This document shows, piece after piece, positions 29,181 through 39,414 of a stretch of DNA of 64,000 nucleotides. Numbering within the stretch: position 1 is the stretch's first letter; each line of letters begins with the position of its first letter. The translations under genes and the position numbers were made by a program. This DNA is from a bacterium. Lineage in GTDB: Bacteria > Hinthialibacterota > Hinthialibacteria > Hinthialibacterales > Hinthialibacteraceae. Location: contig CAXXMV010000002.1 in the NCBI GenBank assembly GCA_963662285.2, positions 1,728,001-1,792,000 of the forward strand, read 5' to 3'. Below the pieces are notes generated by a model, which worked only from the letters and a program-made list of their open reading frames with translations, was not told the origin of the DNA and did no database searches.

Positions 29181-30173
29181 TTATTCTTTTATCCAATCCG
29201 GGCCGTTTAATGCGGATAGATTCCGCATGGCAGCGGAGGGATGTAATTGCAACCTGATTGTTTTAGATAAACTGGAAGCCAGCCATTTTTTTACTTCGGT
29301 CGGCTCTCCAAGCAAGGTTAGGATTTGAGGATCAGCGAGGCTTGCCGCAACTGCATCTTCACTGAAAACTTGCAGTGTTTCGGCTATGGCTTCCATGCGT
29401 TGACGGGTGGGCGTTAAGGTTATGTTCCGGCCGCAGGCGGCGAATGGTTTTCCGGGATGGAGATTCCCCCCGATGGCATCCAGAACAATCTTAAGGTTTT
29501 CAACAAAATTCCAGTGACAAGGCCACAGCATGTCGATAGCAATGCCCAGCGAAAGTGCCGCTTCATCTCCGTTTTCTGCGTCATGGATGATGGTTTTCAC
29601 TGTCGTCAACCAGAAATCCGGGTGCTCTCTGTAGTGTTCGGGGCAGGTATGGTGATAACCGTAATCGTATTCTTCTGCGCTAAGCAGCATCCAGACGTAT
29701 TGAGTGGAGGGATCGTCTTGCGACAACGGCCAGTTGATCAGACTACGGATTTTGTCGATCACTCTTTGGACTTGCCATTCCTTCAGTGGAGACCGTTTTC
29801 CAAGACCGGAAAGCAATTCTGATGCGGGAACTTCGCCTATGGATTGATCAATGGAGGTGTTTGGAGGCCCCACGCACCATGATGAGAGAGTAGCGCAAGC
29901 CATTTGCCAGATTTTTTCGGCTGTGTGGAAATTTCCCGGCTGTCTTACGCCCAAGCCCTTATCTGTTGTACCAAGCCCAATAGCCTCGATAATGTTGCTT
30001 ACCCAGCGCTCTGATTTGTGGTGGCATAATTCAAGAGTTGAAATCAGTTCCCGAATCTTTAATGTGTTTACATCAATGGGAGCAATGCGATCTTCTATTG
30101 CATCTATGTTCTGGATTTCTTCATCGGCTTCCAGTGCGCAATTACGCCAATGTGGTCTACATGATTTCTTCAT
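29181..30173 (-). CDS. Hypothetical protein
   Basis: 330-aa ORF with ggag RBS; Cys/His/Trp-rich motifs. Confidence 0.72.
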   Translation of the reverse strand: MKKSCRPHWRNCALEADEEIQNIDAIEDRIAPIDVNTLKIRELISTLELCHHKSERWVSNIIEAIGLGTTDKGLGVRQPGNFHTAEKIWQMACATLSSWCVGPPNTSIDQSIGEVPASELLSGLGKRSPLKEWQVQRVIDKIRSLINWPLSQDDPSTQYVWMLLSAEEYDYGYHHTCPEHYREHPDFWLTTVKTIIHDAENGDEAALSLGIAIDMLWPCHWNFVENLKIVLDAIGGNLHPGKPFAACGRNITLTPTRQRMEAIAETLQVFSEDAVAASLADPQILTLLGEPTEVKKWLASSLSKTIRLQLHPSAAMRNLSALNGPDWIKE

Positions 30174-30291
30174 GATTTTTCTCCATTAGCAGTTAGAACT
30201 GTTCTGCAAATATTATAGAATGATTTTCAGGAATTTTTTTATTACAGAAATAAACTGGATTATTCAGTTTGGATAATGCGGAGGAAATATT

Positions 30292-31350
30292 ATGACTTGT
30301 CGAATAGATCGTCGCAGTTTTCTTGGTAAGACGGCTCTGGCTGGCGCGGCAGTCGGCATTAGAGGACCGGAAGAGAAACAATTACTGGCTATGTTGGAGA
30401 ATCCCTCTGATTCAACGGCAAAGCAGAAATCAGTTTCCGGCAAAATTCCCTGCGGCAAGATAGGCGATATTTCAATCAGCAGGCTTATCGGCGGTGGGAA
30501 CATCATCAGCGGATGGTGTCATCAACGCGACCTGCTCTATGTTTCTACATTGGCGTCAAAGTATCTGACCCGAGAAAAACAATACGACACCCTGGAGATG
30601 ATGGAGGAATACGGCATCAACACCTGTTCCCCTGATCCCAGTCAGATGGACTTCATCAATAAATATAAGGAAGAACGGGGCGGCGAGATTCAAACTATCG
30701 TCGGCGTACATCAGGATTGGGCGGATTTCAGTAATCCCTACTGGTCTGATGGGAAAAAATCCGGCTTGAAGGAATGGATCGATTTTAGCATTGATGAAGG
30801 TTCCACCATTATTTATATTCAGGGCGGCTATGCTGAACATGTCATGAAAACCGGCGATCCAAAGAAAATCGAAATAATCGCCAAAGGCGTCGAGTATATC
30901 AAAAAACAAGGCATCCCCGCCGGTATCGGCGGCCATGACGTCAAGGTTATCGAGGTTGCTGATGAATATGGCATCGAGCCGGATTTCTATTTCAAATCCT
31001 TCCATCACGATCAATACTGGTCAGCGCTGCCCAAGGATAAACGTATTCCCTGGTCAGTGGATAGCACCCGTTATCTGGATCACAATAAATTCCACGACAA
31101 TATATTTGATCTCTTCCCGGAAAAAACCAAAGCGATAATGGAAAAAAAGAAAACGCCCTGGATCGCATACAAGACGCTGGCGGCTGGCGCTATCCGCCCG
31201 GAATCGGCTTTTGAATATTGCTTCAAGAACGGCGCCGATTTCATAACAGTAGGTATGTTCGATTTTCAAATCGCCGAAGACGCTATCGTGGCTAATAAGA
31301 TTCTGGCTATGGATGAGGTTCAAAACCGTAAGCGCCCCTGGTGCGCTTAA
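30292..31350 (+). CDS. Tat-exported aldo/keto-reductase-like TIM-barrel protein
   Basis: DRRSFL Tat motif; ISRLIGGGN, GIGGH, AYKTLAAGAI.P, GADFITVGMFDFQ. Confidence 0.7.
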   Translation: MTCRIDRRSFLGKTALAGAAVGIRGPEEKQLLAMLENPSDSTAKQKSVSGKIPCGKIGDISISRLIGGGNIISGWCHQRDLLYVSTLASKYLTREKQYDTLEMMEEYGINTCSPDPSQMDFINKYKEERGGEIQTIVGVHQDWADFSNPYWSDGKKSGLKEWIDFSIDEGSTIIYIQGGYAEHVMKTGDPKKIEIIAKGVEYIKKQGIPAGIGGHDVKVIEVADEYGIEPDFYFKSFHHDQYWSALPKDKRIPWSVDSTRYLDHNKFHDNIFDLFPEKTKAIMEKKKTPWIAYKTLAAGAIRPESAFEYCFKNGADFITVGMFDFQIAEDAIVANKILAMDEVQNRKRPWCA

Positions 31351-31362
31351 GAAGATATACTG

Positions 31363-32349
31363 TTGATGGAGATAAATATGAATCATCGATTAATCTGCGT
31401 TTGTTGCATTGCCCTGGCTGGATTTGTTATGTTGACGGATAAGGTTGGCTATTCAGATAATGACTACCCACTGGAGACTTTGGATATCCGCATTCGCGAC
31501 CCCTTTGTTTACGCCGATGCGGATTCACAGACTTATTATATGTATGCTCAAACGGGCAACCGCGAGGGCGAAGGAAATGTAGGGCTTGGCGTCGAGGTTT
31601 ACAAAAGCAAAGACCTCAAGCATTGGAGCAATCCTGACCTGGTATATAAGCGCGACAAGGATTTCTGGGGCGGCGAGCAGATTTGGGCGCCGGAGATGCA
31701 CCGCTTAGGTGATTGGTTCTATCTTTTTGTATCTTTCAATGGTCGTGTAGGAGGCCGGGGAACGCAGATCATCCGCGCAGCTAAACCTGATGGGCCATTT
31801 ACTATTGCAAGCGACAAGGCATGCACGCCAGCTGCGCAATGTTCACTGGATGGAACTCTCTGGATCGACGAAACAGGCGCTCGCTGGATGGTCTACTGTC
31901 ATGAGTGGGTGCAGATTGGCGATGGCGGTATGTTGGCTGTGCGTATGAAAGACGATTTGAGCGAGCGGATTGGCGAGCCTACAGTATTGTTCCATGCATC
32001 CGACGCGCCCTGGGTGCAACCTGTTGGTAAAAAGAAAGGCAATTACGTTACAGATGGTCCTTTCATTTATAAAACTAAAAGTGGGAAACTGCTGATGCTG
32101 TGGTCAAGTTTTACCGGAGAGGGCGCTTACGCCATTGGCGTTGCTGAATCGGAAAGCGGACTAGTTAAAGGTCCATGGAAACAGCATGATAAACCGTTGT
32201 ATGATAAAAACGGTGGTCACTCTATGTTATTTAAAACCTTCGACGGTCAGTTGATGCTGGCTTTTCATCAACCTAACAGTGGAGCGAAAGAACGCGCACG
32301 GTTTTATAAAGTGATTGAGGGGGATGATGGGTTGACACTGGTGGATTAG
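31363..32349 (+). CDS. GH43 glycoside hydrolase
   Basis: RDPFV, WAPE, SLDG, HEW.Q, VTDGPF, GGH, HQPN; signal peptide. Confidence 0.9.
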   Translation: MMEINMNHRLICVCCIALAGFVMLTDKVGYSDNDYPLETLDIRIRDPFVYADADSQTYYMYAQTGNREGEGNVGLGVEVYKSKDLKHWSNPDLVYKRDKDFWGGEQIWAPEMHRLGDWFYLFVSFNGRVGGRGTQIIRAAKPDGPFTIASDKACTPAAQCSLDGTLWIDETGARWMVYCHEWVQIGDGGMLAVRMKDDLSERIGEPTVLFHASDAPWVQPVGKKKGNYVTDGPFIYKTKSGKLLMLWSSFTGEGAYAIGVAESESGLVKGPWKQHDKPLYDKNGGHSMLFKTFDGQLMLAFHQPNSGAKERARFYKVIEGDDGLTLVD

Positions 32350-32370
32350 ATTACGTCCTGGTCCTATATT

Positions 32371-32420
32371 AGGTGGCTTGATCAAGGGCTGACCGCAATG
32401 CGGTCTTGCCCTTGGCACCC
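32371..32420 (+). repeat. Family A1 hairpin repeat
   Basis: aggtggcttgatcaagggctgaccgcaatgcggtcttgcccttggcaccc. Confidence 0.92.
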
Positions 32421-32437
32421 AGCGTGACCCATCCTAC
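32421..32437 (-). repeat. Family D REP half (gacccatcctac)
   Basis: Related to 44011-44072, 45683-45714 and 56603-56629. Confidence 0.5.
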
Positions 32438-32449
32438 GCGATGGTTTTG

Positions 32450-32484
32450 CCCTCACCATAGCCCTCTCCCGGCGGGAGAGGGGA
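32450..32484 (+). repeat. Family C (BoxC-like) hairpin repeat
   Basis: ccctcaccatagccctctcccggcgggagagggga. Confidence 0.85.
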
Positions 32485-32500
32485 TTTTGGCCTTCACGCA

Positions 32501-34852
32501 TTACTTGTGCTGCATCCACTTATTACATTGGGTTTCGTCGCTTTTATTGACATGGAAATTCATGGTAGATATTTCAACTCCATCGGCTAATGTATAAGGC
32601 GCGTCGCTGAAATTAACTGTTATTATGGTTCCATTATCAAATTCCGTCTGCTGTATGCTGCGGTCAGCGGTCAAGAAACGGTGATCGGTCATTTCGCTGT
32701 AACCGACGCTGCGAACTATAGGGCATACATTCTTATAACTCTGCACGAAACGGTCTTTATTTTCATTCCATATTGCCTTGTTGAACATGAACATGGGGGG
32801 AGTGGCGTAGAGGATATTAAACAGGTCGCGTTTATCCCATAGACTTGGTAGTTTGTTATTGTAATCTCCCCAATACCATTGCGCGACGACGCAATCATGA
32901 TAAACCAGTTCCCAGAGCGGCAGTCGGTAATCATGACCGAGTTGGAATTTTGCAACTCTCTCAGGAACCTCATCCCAGATATCCTGAATATGTCTTCCCG
33001 CATCTGGAACGCGGTAAGGCCCCAGGCTGAGCATTCCTTCAAAATAATGCGCGAATGGAACCGCCGCATCGTGTCCCGTCTCTGAACCGCATACCAGCTT
33101 CATCTCTTCCGAAACCAGGCGCAGCAGCTCCATTTTCCAAAAGCGGCTTTCGCTGCGCGTCATGGGGTGGTCGGGATGATAATCCTCGCGCCACGGACTG
33201 GCGGTGGTGGTATCAATAAAACGCGAGCGGTAAGCATGGGTTTGCAACTCATTCGATATGCGAGGGCGGGCGTAATCCAACGCTTTGCAATCGCTCAACA
33301 CTCCGCAGGGATACTTTTTCCCATCTTTGCCCGTCACTTCCCAGCCGCGCCGCCAGTCGCCATTTTTATCCAGCATGATATCATCCGGCCACCCGTCTGT
33401 AGTCCAATCCGGGTGGACGCCATTGAGATACTGGAAATAATCGGGATTCATTAAATCCTGATAAATATCATAGCGGCTGGTTAATACATTACGCTGATTC
33501 ATCTGTTGAATATTATTGGGAGATTCACGGTGGCTCCACAGAATACGTTCGATGCCCAATTGCTGCATCTCATTAACATAACTCAGCGCCCCATCCCAAC
33601 ACCAGACGTTGACCGCTCCGATAAGTAGATCGACATTAGGATTCTCTTCACGCTTTTTGGCAAGTGTTTTGAATATCCCGGTTTCCTGCGCATGAGCGCG
33701 GTAACGCTTGCACATGGCGACATGGCCGCCTTTATCGAAAAAGACGTAGCGAATCCTGCGCGGGTAGCCGAATTTTCCTTTTTGAGAATCCCATTCGGGA
33801 GCGACGCAGAGCAGATCATTGATTCTCGTGATGCGGATAGCGGCGTCATCAGCTGTTTCGAGAATAGCCATGTGTCCAGCTGCGCCATCAGTAGCGCCCC
33901 AGAACCCCATGCAAATGCCATGACCTCCATAGCCAATCAGGCGGCCTGTATTAATGGTCAAGTCATCAACCGGATAAGATATCCCCTCGTTCATGGGAAT
34001 AACCAGATAACTCTCTTTATCGGTAACGAAGGGATTCGGGAATGAAAGCGAACCGGGTAAATCCCCGGCGCCGGTAATGGTTAGAAGCAGTTCAGGGCGT
34101 GATTGCGCGATTGCGAATGTGACATTTACATCAGCCCCGGTCTGGGCGTAAAACCAGGTTGTATCCAAACGGTCTTCATTTACCTCAGCGCTTTTTAAGA
34201 CCATCATGTCGTGGTATGGTTGCTGCTCCCATATCTGACTGGTTCTGGAATCTTTAACCTTCAGGATTCCGGTCTCAACCTCCAGATCAACTGATATCAG
34301 AGCATTTTTGAAATTGATGATGTCGGGCAGGTCGCTCCGGAAATCGCTGATGTTACCCTCTTTGGTCAGTTTGAAATCATCGATCCACACCGTGGCCGGA
34401 CCATGTCCTATGATGCGTGGATATATTTTCTGAACATTATGAGGAACGAAAAAGCGGCTGGTCAAATGATTCCAGTCTTGGTCGCCGCTCAGGTTTTGTC
34501 CGGCGTAACTCCACTCGATAACTTCATCATTTTCATCGCGGGTTATCACGCAAATCTCAGCGTTTCCTGTACCGGTGATTTTGATCCATCCATCAAGTAT
34601 AAAGAAATCGCCGTTTCTAACATCAAAATTGACGCCGGGATTAAAACTCCAATCCTGGGCGCCGCTATGTTCAATGCGGGCGGAGTTATTTCCGGTATGA
34701 ACCACATCATTATCAATGCTTACGCTTCCAACTCCCGCATCGCGCGTCCAGAGTGATCCCCAACCTTGCATGCCTGATTCAAAGTCGCCATTGGGAACCA
34801 GGTTGGTCGCGCTAATTACTGTGATAAATGATAAGGCCGCCAGAAATGTCAT
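32501..34852 (-). CDS. Secreted CBM4/9-like domain + glycoside hydrolase (DUF5696/GH129-like) with C-terminal tail motif
   Basis: NLVPNGDFESG..W..WIDD (CBM); RYDIYQD, FIDTTTA, GSETGHD, PLWELVYHD; ends TQCNKWMQHK. Confidence 0.8.
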   Translation of the reverse strand: MTFLAALSFITVISATNLVPNGDFESGMQGWGSLWTRDAGVGSVSIDNDVVHTGNNSARIEHSGAQDWSFNPGVNFDVRNGDFFILDGWIKITGTGNAEICVITRDENDEVIEWSYAGQNLSGDQDWNHLTSRFFVPHNVQKIYPRIIGHGPATVWIDDFKLTKEGNISDFRSDLPDIINFKNALISVDLEVETGILKVKDSRTSQIWEQQPYHDMMVLKSAEVNEDRLDTTWFYAQTGADVNVTFAIAQSRPELLLTITGAGDLPGSLSFPNPFVTDKESYLVIPMNEGISYPVDDLTINTGRLIGYGGHGICMGFWGATDGAAGHMAILETADDAAIRITRINDLLCVAPEWDSQKGKFGYPRRIRYVFFDKGGHVAMCKRYRAHAQETGIFKTLAKKREENPNVDLLIGAVNVWCWDGALSYVNEMQQLGIERILWSHRESPNNIQQMNQRNVLTSRYDIYQDLMNPDYFQYLNGVHPDWTTDGWPDDIMLDKNGDWRRGWEVTGKDGKKYPCGVLSDCKALDYARPRISNELQTHAYRSRFIDTTTASPWREDYHPDHPMTRSESRFWKMELLRLVSEEMKLVCGSETGHDAAVPFAHYFEGMLSLGPYRVPDAGRHIQDIWDEVPERVAKFQLGHDYRLPLWELVYHDCVVAQWYWGDYNNKLPSLWDKRDLFNILYATPPMFMFNKAIWNENKDRFVQSYKNVCPIVRSVGYSEMTDHRFLTADRSIQQTEFDNGTIITVNFSDAPYTLADGVEISTMNFHVNKSDETQCNKWMQHK

Positions 34853-34889
34853 AGTTATCGCTCCAGAAGAGATAATTCCATGCCGCCTT

Positions 34890-36605
34890 TTAATGCATCA
34901 GCCAGTTTTGGATATTGGTAAAGTCTGAATTGACCGCCGGAACCAGCAGGTGCGATGGATACTCGGGCGATAGATGCAGGGTAGTTATGGCTTCAGCCGG
35001 GTTGCCGTCCTGACCCAATGCTTGATAAAGCGGATTAAGATCAAAACGGGGATAATTGGTATTGGCGATGATGATGCGCATACGGTGTCCTTGATTGAAA
35101 ATAAGGCTGGTGCTCCAGCAATCTACCTCGTATTTATATACTTCGCCTGGAGTGATAGATGACGGATCTGTTTGCGAATCACGGAAACTGGCGCGGGCGA
35201 CGCCGTCGCAAACCAGCATGGAACGGCCATCGGGATATACATCAGTTACCCGGACGGTAAGGTCGTTGTCTGTTAGATTCGTGGCGGCATATAGAATGGC
35301 TTTGATGCGACCGGTTATTTCGAGCGGCTTATCCAACGCCGCAGTGCTGAAGACCAGCACGTCATTGCGATTCTCGAGGGTTGTTTGATCTTGTGGGCCT
35401 GCGGAAATTTCAAGATTGGCGCCGCCCTTGGTTGTAACCGGGGCGGTAGGATTCATTTGCAATTGGCTGGTTTGGGATGCTTCAGGAGCATTGATAGAAA
35501 GGGCGCCATCCTGCTGCAAATAAAAGGCGACCTGCTGGGCTTCAATGGGCCATACATCACTGGTGCGCCATTCATTGCCTGTGGCGTCAGCCGCATCAAC
35601 GTCGCCCATGACATAATATCTGACTGCTGGTTCGCTCATGATGCCATTGGCGGTTCCCTTCATCCAGTAATCGTAAAAATCGATGGTTATATCGAGTTCC
35701 TCTTCAAATTGAGAATTGGCGGGGTAAGTCAATTGTCCCTGCTGCGCTTCGAATTCATTGACGTGAGTCCATGGACCCATAACCAGTTTCTGGTTATTCC
35801 TGGCGCCTTCGGCGCCCAGGGTTTGCCGTCCGGTAAAACCGCTTAATGTTCCTTCTTGGAAGCAATCATACCAGCCGCCGACAAATAAGGCGGGGACGTT
35901 AACCTCCGCATGTTTTGAAGCAATGTCCATTTGCGCCCAGAAATCATCATAGGTTTTATGTTCTTTAAAAAGTGGTAGATGTTTCGTCAAGCCAGTTCCG
36001 GCGAACCATCCTTCGATTAGAGATTTACGGAAAACGCCGTTTTGATATGCGGCTTGACCGTACATGGTTGTCGGTGCGTAACCTATGACCTGACAAACCA
36101 GATGCGGTGGAAGAGTCGGCGCCATCAGATTCTGAGTGATGCCCATGGCAGATGGACCAAAGGTTCCAACTTTGTCATTGCACCATGACTGCGCCGCAAT
36201 CCACTCAACCGTATCGTATCCATCCTGGTTGTCGCCCCAACCATCATTGACGAAAACCATGTCGTCGCCTTCAGAGTCATAGCGCCCCCGTACATCCTGA
36301 ATCACCAGGGCATAGCCCTTCAACAGAATTAATTGCAGCATCTCCAGGCTTTCATCATCTTTTCCATAAGGCGTGCGGATTAATATAGTGGGAAACGGCC
36401 CGCCCAAAGGCGACTTATGCACGGTGGTTGATAGTTTGGTTCCATCACGCATGGGAACCATGTGAGTTTCATCAAATATCCCCTGTTGCCGCATCTTGGC
36501 GTTCCATTCATCATAAGAGAACGGCTTGGTTTGTTTTGAATATGCTTGATTGACAAAAGTTATAACTAGTAAAATTAACAATAGTCCCGGAATTTTCTTC
36601 ATCAC
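34890..36605 (-). CDS. Secreted CocE/NonD family hydrolase with C-terminal tail motif
   Basis: VPMRDG, RTPY, QDVRGR..SEG, GPSAMG (Ser), GGWYD, GPWTH; ends TNIQNWLMH. Confidence 0.92.
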   Translation of the reverse strand: MMKKIPGLLLILLVITFVNQAYSKQTKPFSYDEWNAKMRQQGIFDETHMVPMRDGTKLSTTVHKSPLGGPFPTILIRTPYGKDDESLEMLQLILLKGYALVIQDVRGRYDSEGDDMVFVNDGWGDNQDGYDTVEWIAAQSWCNDKVGTFGPSAMGITQNLMAPTLPPHLVCQVIGYAPTTMYGQAAYQNGVFRKSLIEGWFAGTGLTKHLPLFKEHKTYDDFWAQMDIASKHAEVNVPALFVGGWYDCFQEGTLSGFTGRQTLGAEGARNNQKLVMGPWTHVNEFEAQQGQLTYPANSQFEEELDITIDFYDYWMKGTANGIMSEPAVRYYVMGDVDAADATGNEWRTSDVWPIEAQQVAFYLQQDGALSINAPEASQTSQLQMNPTAPVTTKGGANLEISAGPQDQTTLENRNDVLVFSTAALDKPLEITGRIKAILYAATNLTDNDLTVRVTDVYPDGRSMLVCDGVARASFRDSQTDPSSITPGEVYKYEVDCWSTSLIFNQGHRMRIIIANTNYPRFDLNPLYQALGQDGNPAEAITTLHLSPEYPSHLLVPAVNSDFTNIQNWLMH

Positions 36606-36857
36606 ATAATCTCTTTCTTGAATTTCTCATATTTTATAAATAACTCAAATTATTTACTTCGCTCAAGTTTATCACTGTTTTCGATTAAATCACTGCAAAC
36701 TCGATAAATCAACCACAGATTTTTTTGAAGGGGCATAATTAAATCAAACAAATCTAAAACCTTTGAATATGTTGTCGTTTAAGTTAGAATTAATGTTTGG
36801 GCAGATTTTATAAAACATTGTCTTTATGTGAAACAATGTATATGAGGTAGGTATATT

Positions 36858-37451
36858 ATGAAAAAAGGATTTACGCTAATTGAATTGCTGATAGTCGTTG
36901 CGATTATTGGCATTCTGGCAGCCATCGCAGTACCAAACTTTTTGAACGCGCAGATCAGGGCGAAATGCGCACGGGTTGTTTCGGATATGAAAACTATCGA
37001 AACAGCGTTATCGATGTATCGACTGGATAACAATGCTTTTCCACCAGCGAACCTAGCTCGCGTGCCGGGAAGCGGTGATCATTATCATCCCAATGAAATT
37101 CGCTTCTACCGTTTGACGACTCCAGTTTCTTTTATGAGTTCCGTCCCGAAGGATCCATTCGCCAATACAGCCAACCAAGCAGATTTTGCTCAGTGGGGTT
37201 CAGCCTATGATTACGTCAATAATTATGGCGGCGAGCATAACGGCGGATGGGGTCATGTCTGGCGCTTAAACAGTTGGGGGCCGGACACAGTTAACGGTTG
37301 GGGCGGTCAACGTACTGGTACATGTCCTGGCGGCGTTCCAGATTTTATTTATAACACATCTAATGGTCTGGTCAGTGTTGGAGACATCGTTTGGGTTGGC
37401 GCTAAAGATTCTCAGACAACCAATTTCTGCAATATCATCAATGGCATTTAA
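36858..37451 (+). CDS. Prepilin (type IV pilin / GspG-like)
   Basis: MKKG|FTLIE class III signal; PNFLNAQ, LTTP..DPF, SWGPD, YNTSNGLVSVGDI. Confidence 0.92.
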   Translation: MKKGFTLIELLIVVAIIGILAAIAVPNFLNAQIRAKCARVVSDMKTIETALSMYRLDNNAFPPANLARVPGSGDHYHPNEIRFYRLTTPVSFMSSVPKDPFANTANQADFAQWGSAYDYVNNYGGEHNGGWGHVWRLNSWGPDTVNGWGGQRTGTCPGGVPDFIYNTSNGLVSVGDIVWVGAKDSQTTNFCNIINGI

Positions 37452-37478
37452 GTCTTTTTTCGTATTTAATATAATTAT

Positions 37479-37508
37479 AACGGGTCTGTTGTTTCAGACC
37501 CGTTTTTT
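37479..37508 (+). terminator. Rho-independent terminator
   Basis: aacgggtctg-loop-cagacccgtt followed by a T run. Confidence 0.85.
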
Positions 37509-37555
37509 ATCTTTAAATTAATATATTTCGAAGCAATTTTCACGAAAAAATATGC

Positions 37556-39397
37556 TTATTGAAAAGCATCAACGATGATTTTGGCGCGGTGATGAGGCAG
37601 GTAACGGTCTAAAATGGTTTGGCGTCCATTAGTAGATAATTGATTTCTGCGGTCTTCGTCATTGAGCAGCAAGGCGGCTTTTTCTGTGAATTCTGCAGTA
37701 GTTGTCGCCGTCTCGCAATCACGCCCGGCAAGAATCGCATCTTCAGACATGCCATCCACTGGATCTGAAAGCAAGCACCCGCCAGCCATCAGCACGTCGC
37801 AGTCGCGTATGTTGATGGCGGTTGGCAGTTGGAGGCTATGGATGCCAATCACCACTTGGGCGGACCGGTATAGATCAGCCAATTGATGGTATGGAATAAA
37901 GCCATGATAGCGATCAGCATATTTATCGCCTAAAAGAGGCTTCCAATCATAATTGCCATATACATGCAAGCCTAGCGGTAAAAGCGCTTGAGTCATGTTC
38001 CATCTTCTATGATATATGTCGAGCATATATACAACGTAAGCCAGGGTTTCCGAGGCTTCCTGATGCCTGCGACCGCATTTCTCATAGAGTTGCGCGGCGC
38101 ATGTCAGTAACGAGGCGGGAATCTCGCGTTGCGACCAAAGCGCTTTTAAGCCGCTGGTTCCCGTCTTCAATTGTAATCCTTCCGCATAAGTCTCTTCCAG
38201 TAAATCGCGATCCTGCGTCTTGAGGGAGCTGAGAAATGGCGCCATGTTCCATGTTATTCCCACGAAAACCAAGGGGTATGCCAATTCTTGTTTGAATGTA
38301 CCTTCCCGTTCAAGCAAGGCGAATACCGGGAAATGCTTCAAGCGTTGAGCGCCCTGCCTGATCAATTCTTCTTTGTAAGTCTGATCGGCGTAGAGCACCA
38401 GCTCTTCTGCATCATATCTTGGAGCAACCTGGTAATTCTTGCGGAAGGATGGATCGTCGGTTACCCAGGTTATACGATGGAAGGCGCCGTCGGGGACGTA
38501 ACATCTGGTAGGATCATTCAGGAAAAGTATGGCATCCGGATTGGTTTGCATCTGGCCATAATACTGGACTAATCGTCGTGAACGTCCACAGGGCAGAAAA
38601 GTGAATGCGCTTTGGATGTCAAATGCTTCCAAGCCGCGATGGATGGCGAGTAGTATGGGGGTTGCAGTATATTCGGTAGGCGATCCTGCTGACCATACAT
38701 GTGATAAATTATCCGGGCGCCGATTCAGGTTTTCGGTTGATTTCGCAGTAATGGCATTTTTGTTTTTACACCATTCAGCGATTTCTTGAATCGACTGTTG
38801 AAACCCTTGGATGTATTGATTTTTGGTTGATTGATCCTGCGCTGTCGAACTGAATAGCATTTCAATATTATTACTGAATACAAGAAACAGTGCGTTATCT
38901 TTTATTGCTTTGGTCAGCGTTTCAACAATAGGTTCTCCAATTGACCAGGTAATAATTCCGCTTAACAATATTTTTCTCAGATCGCATATTGACATGGCCA
39001 GTAGGATGTTGAGTGGATCGTGTTCGACAACGACCACAATGGTTTCAGTCAGGTTTTGAACAAACTCATGCATCAATGTCAGTTCAGCGCCATATCCTGA
39101 TCCGGCTAGTAATAATAATGAAGGTTTTTGTTTCTGAATTGCATCTAATTTAGTATGGAGCGCCTGGATTAAATTCTCCGGCGGCTTTAATGTCCAGTAA
39201 TTATTCTCTGCATCACGGGCCTTCTCCGGGATGTTATCAATCAATAGCAGTTCTATTTTTTCTAATTGATTAATATAGGAAGAGAGATATTGATATAGCG
39301 CAGGTTCAACCAGTTTTAAGGTATCAAGATTATTCCCAAGATAAAAGTTTGAGTATTGATGATATGGTATCCTGGAATATGATTTTTCCGCTGTCAT
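37556..39397 (-). CDS. Glycosyltransferase, MAF/DUF115-like N-terminus + CgeB (Glyco_trans_1_2) C-terminus
   Basis: NNL..L, GSGYG, VVVEHD; VYGNYDW, YRSA.VVIGIH, NIRDCDV..AGG.LLSD. Confidence 0.75.
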   Translation of the reverse strand: MTAEKSYSRIPYHQYSNFYLGNNLDTLKLVEPALYQYLSSYINQLEKIELLLIDNIPEKARDAENNYWTLKPPENLIQALHTKLDAIQKQKPSLLLLAGSGYGAELTLMHEFVQNLTETIVVVVEHDPLNILLAMSICDLRKILLSGIITWSIGEPIVETLTKAIKDNALFLVFSNNIEMLFSSTAQDQSTKNQYIQGFQQSIQEIAEWCKNKNAITAKSTENLNRRPDNLSHVWSAGSPTEYTATPILLAIHRGLEAFDIQSAFTFLPCGRSRRLVQYYGQMQTNPDAILFLNDPTRCYVPDGAFHRITWVTDDPSFRKNYQVAPRYDAEELVLYADQTYKEELIRQGAQRLKHFPVFALLEREGTFKQELAYPLVFVGITWNMAPFLSSLKTQDRDLLEETYAEGLQLKTGTSGLKALWSQREIPASLLTCAAQLYEKCGRRHQEASETLAYVVYMLDIYHRRWNMTQALLPLGLHVYGNYDWKPLLGDKYADRYHGFIPYHQLADLYRSAQVVIGIHSLQLPTAINIRDCDVLMAGGCLLSDPVDGMSEDAILAGRDCETATTTAEFTEKAALLLNDEDRRNQLSTNGRQTILDRYLPHHRAKIIVDAFQ

Positions 39398-39414
39398 TAG
39401 GTATGTTCCTTTAA

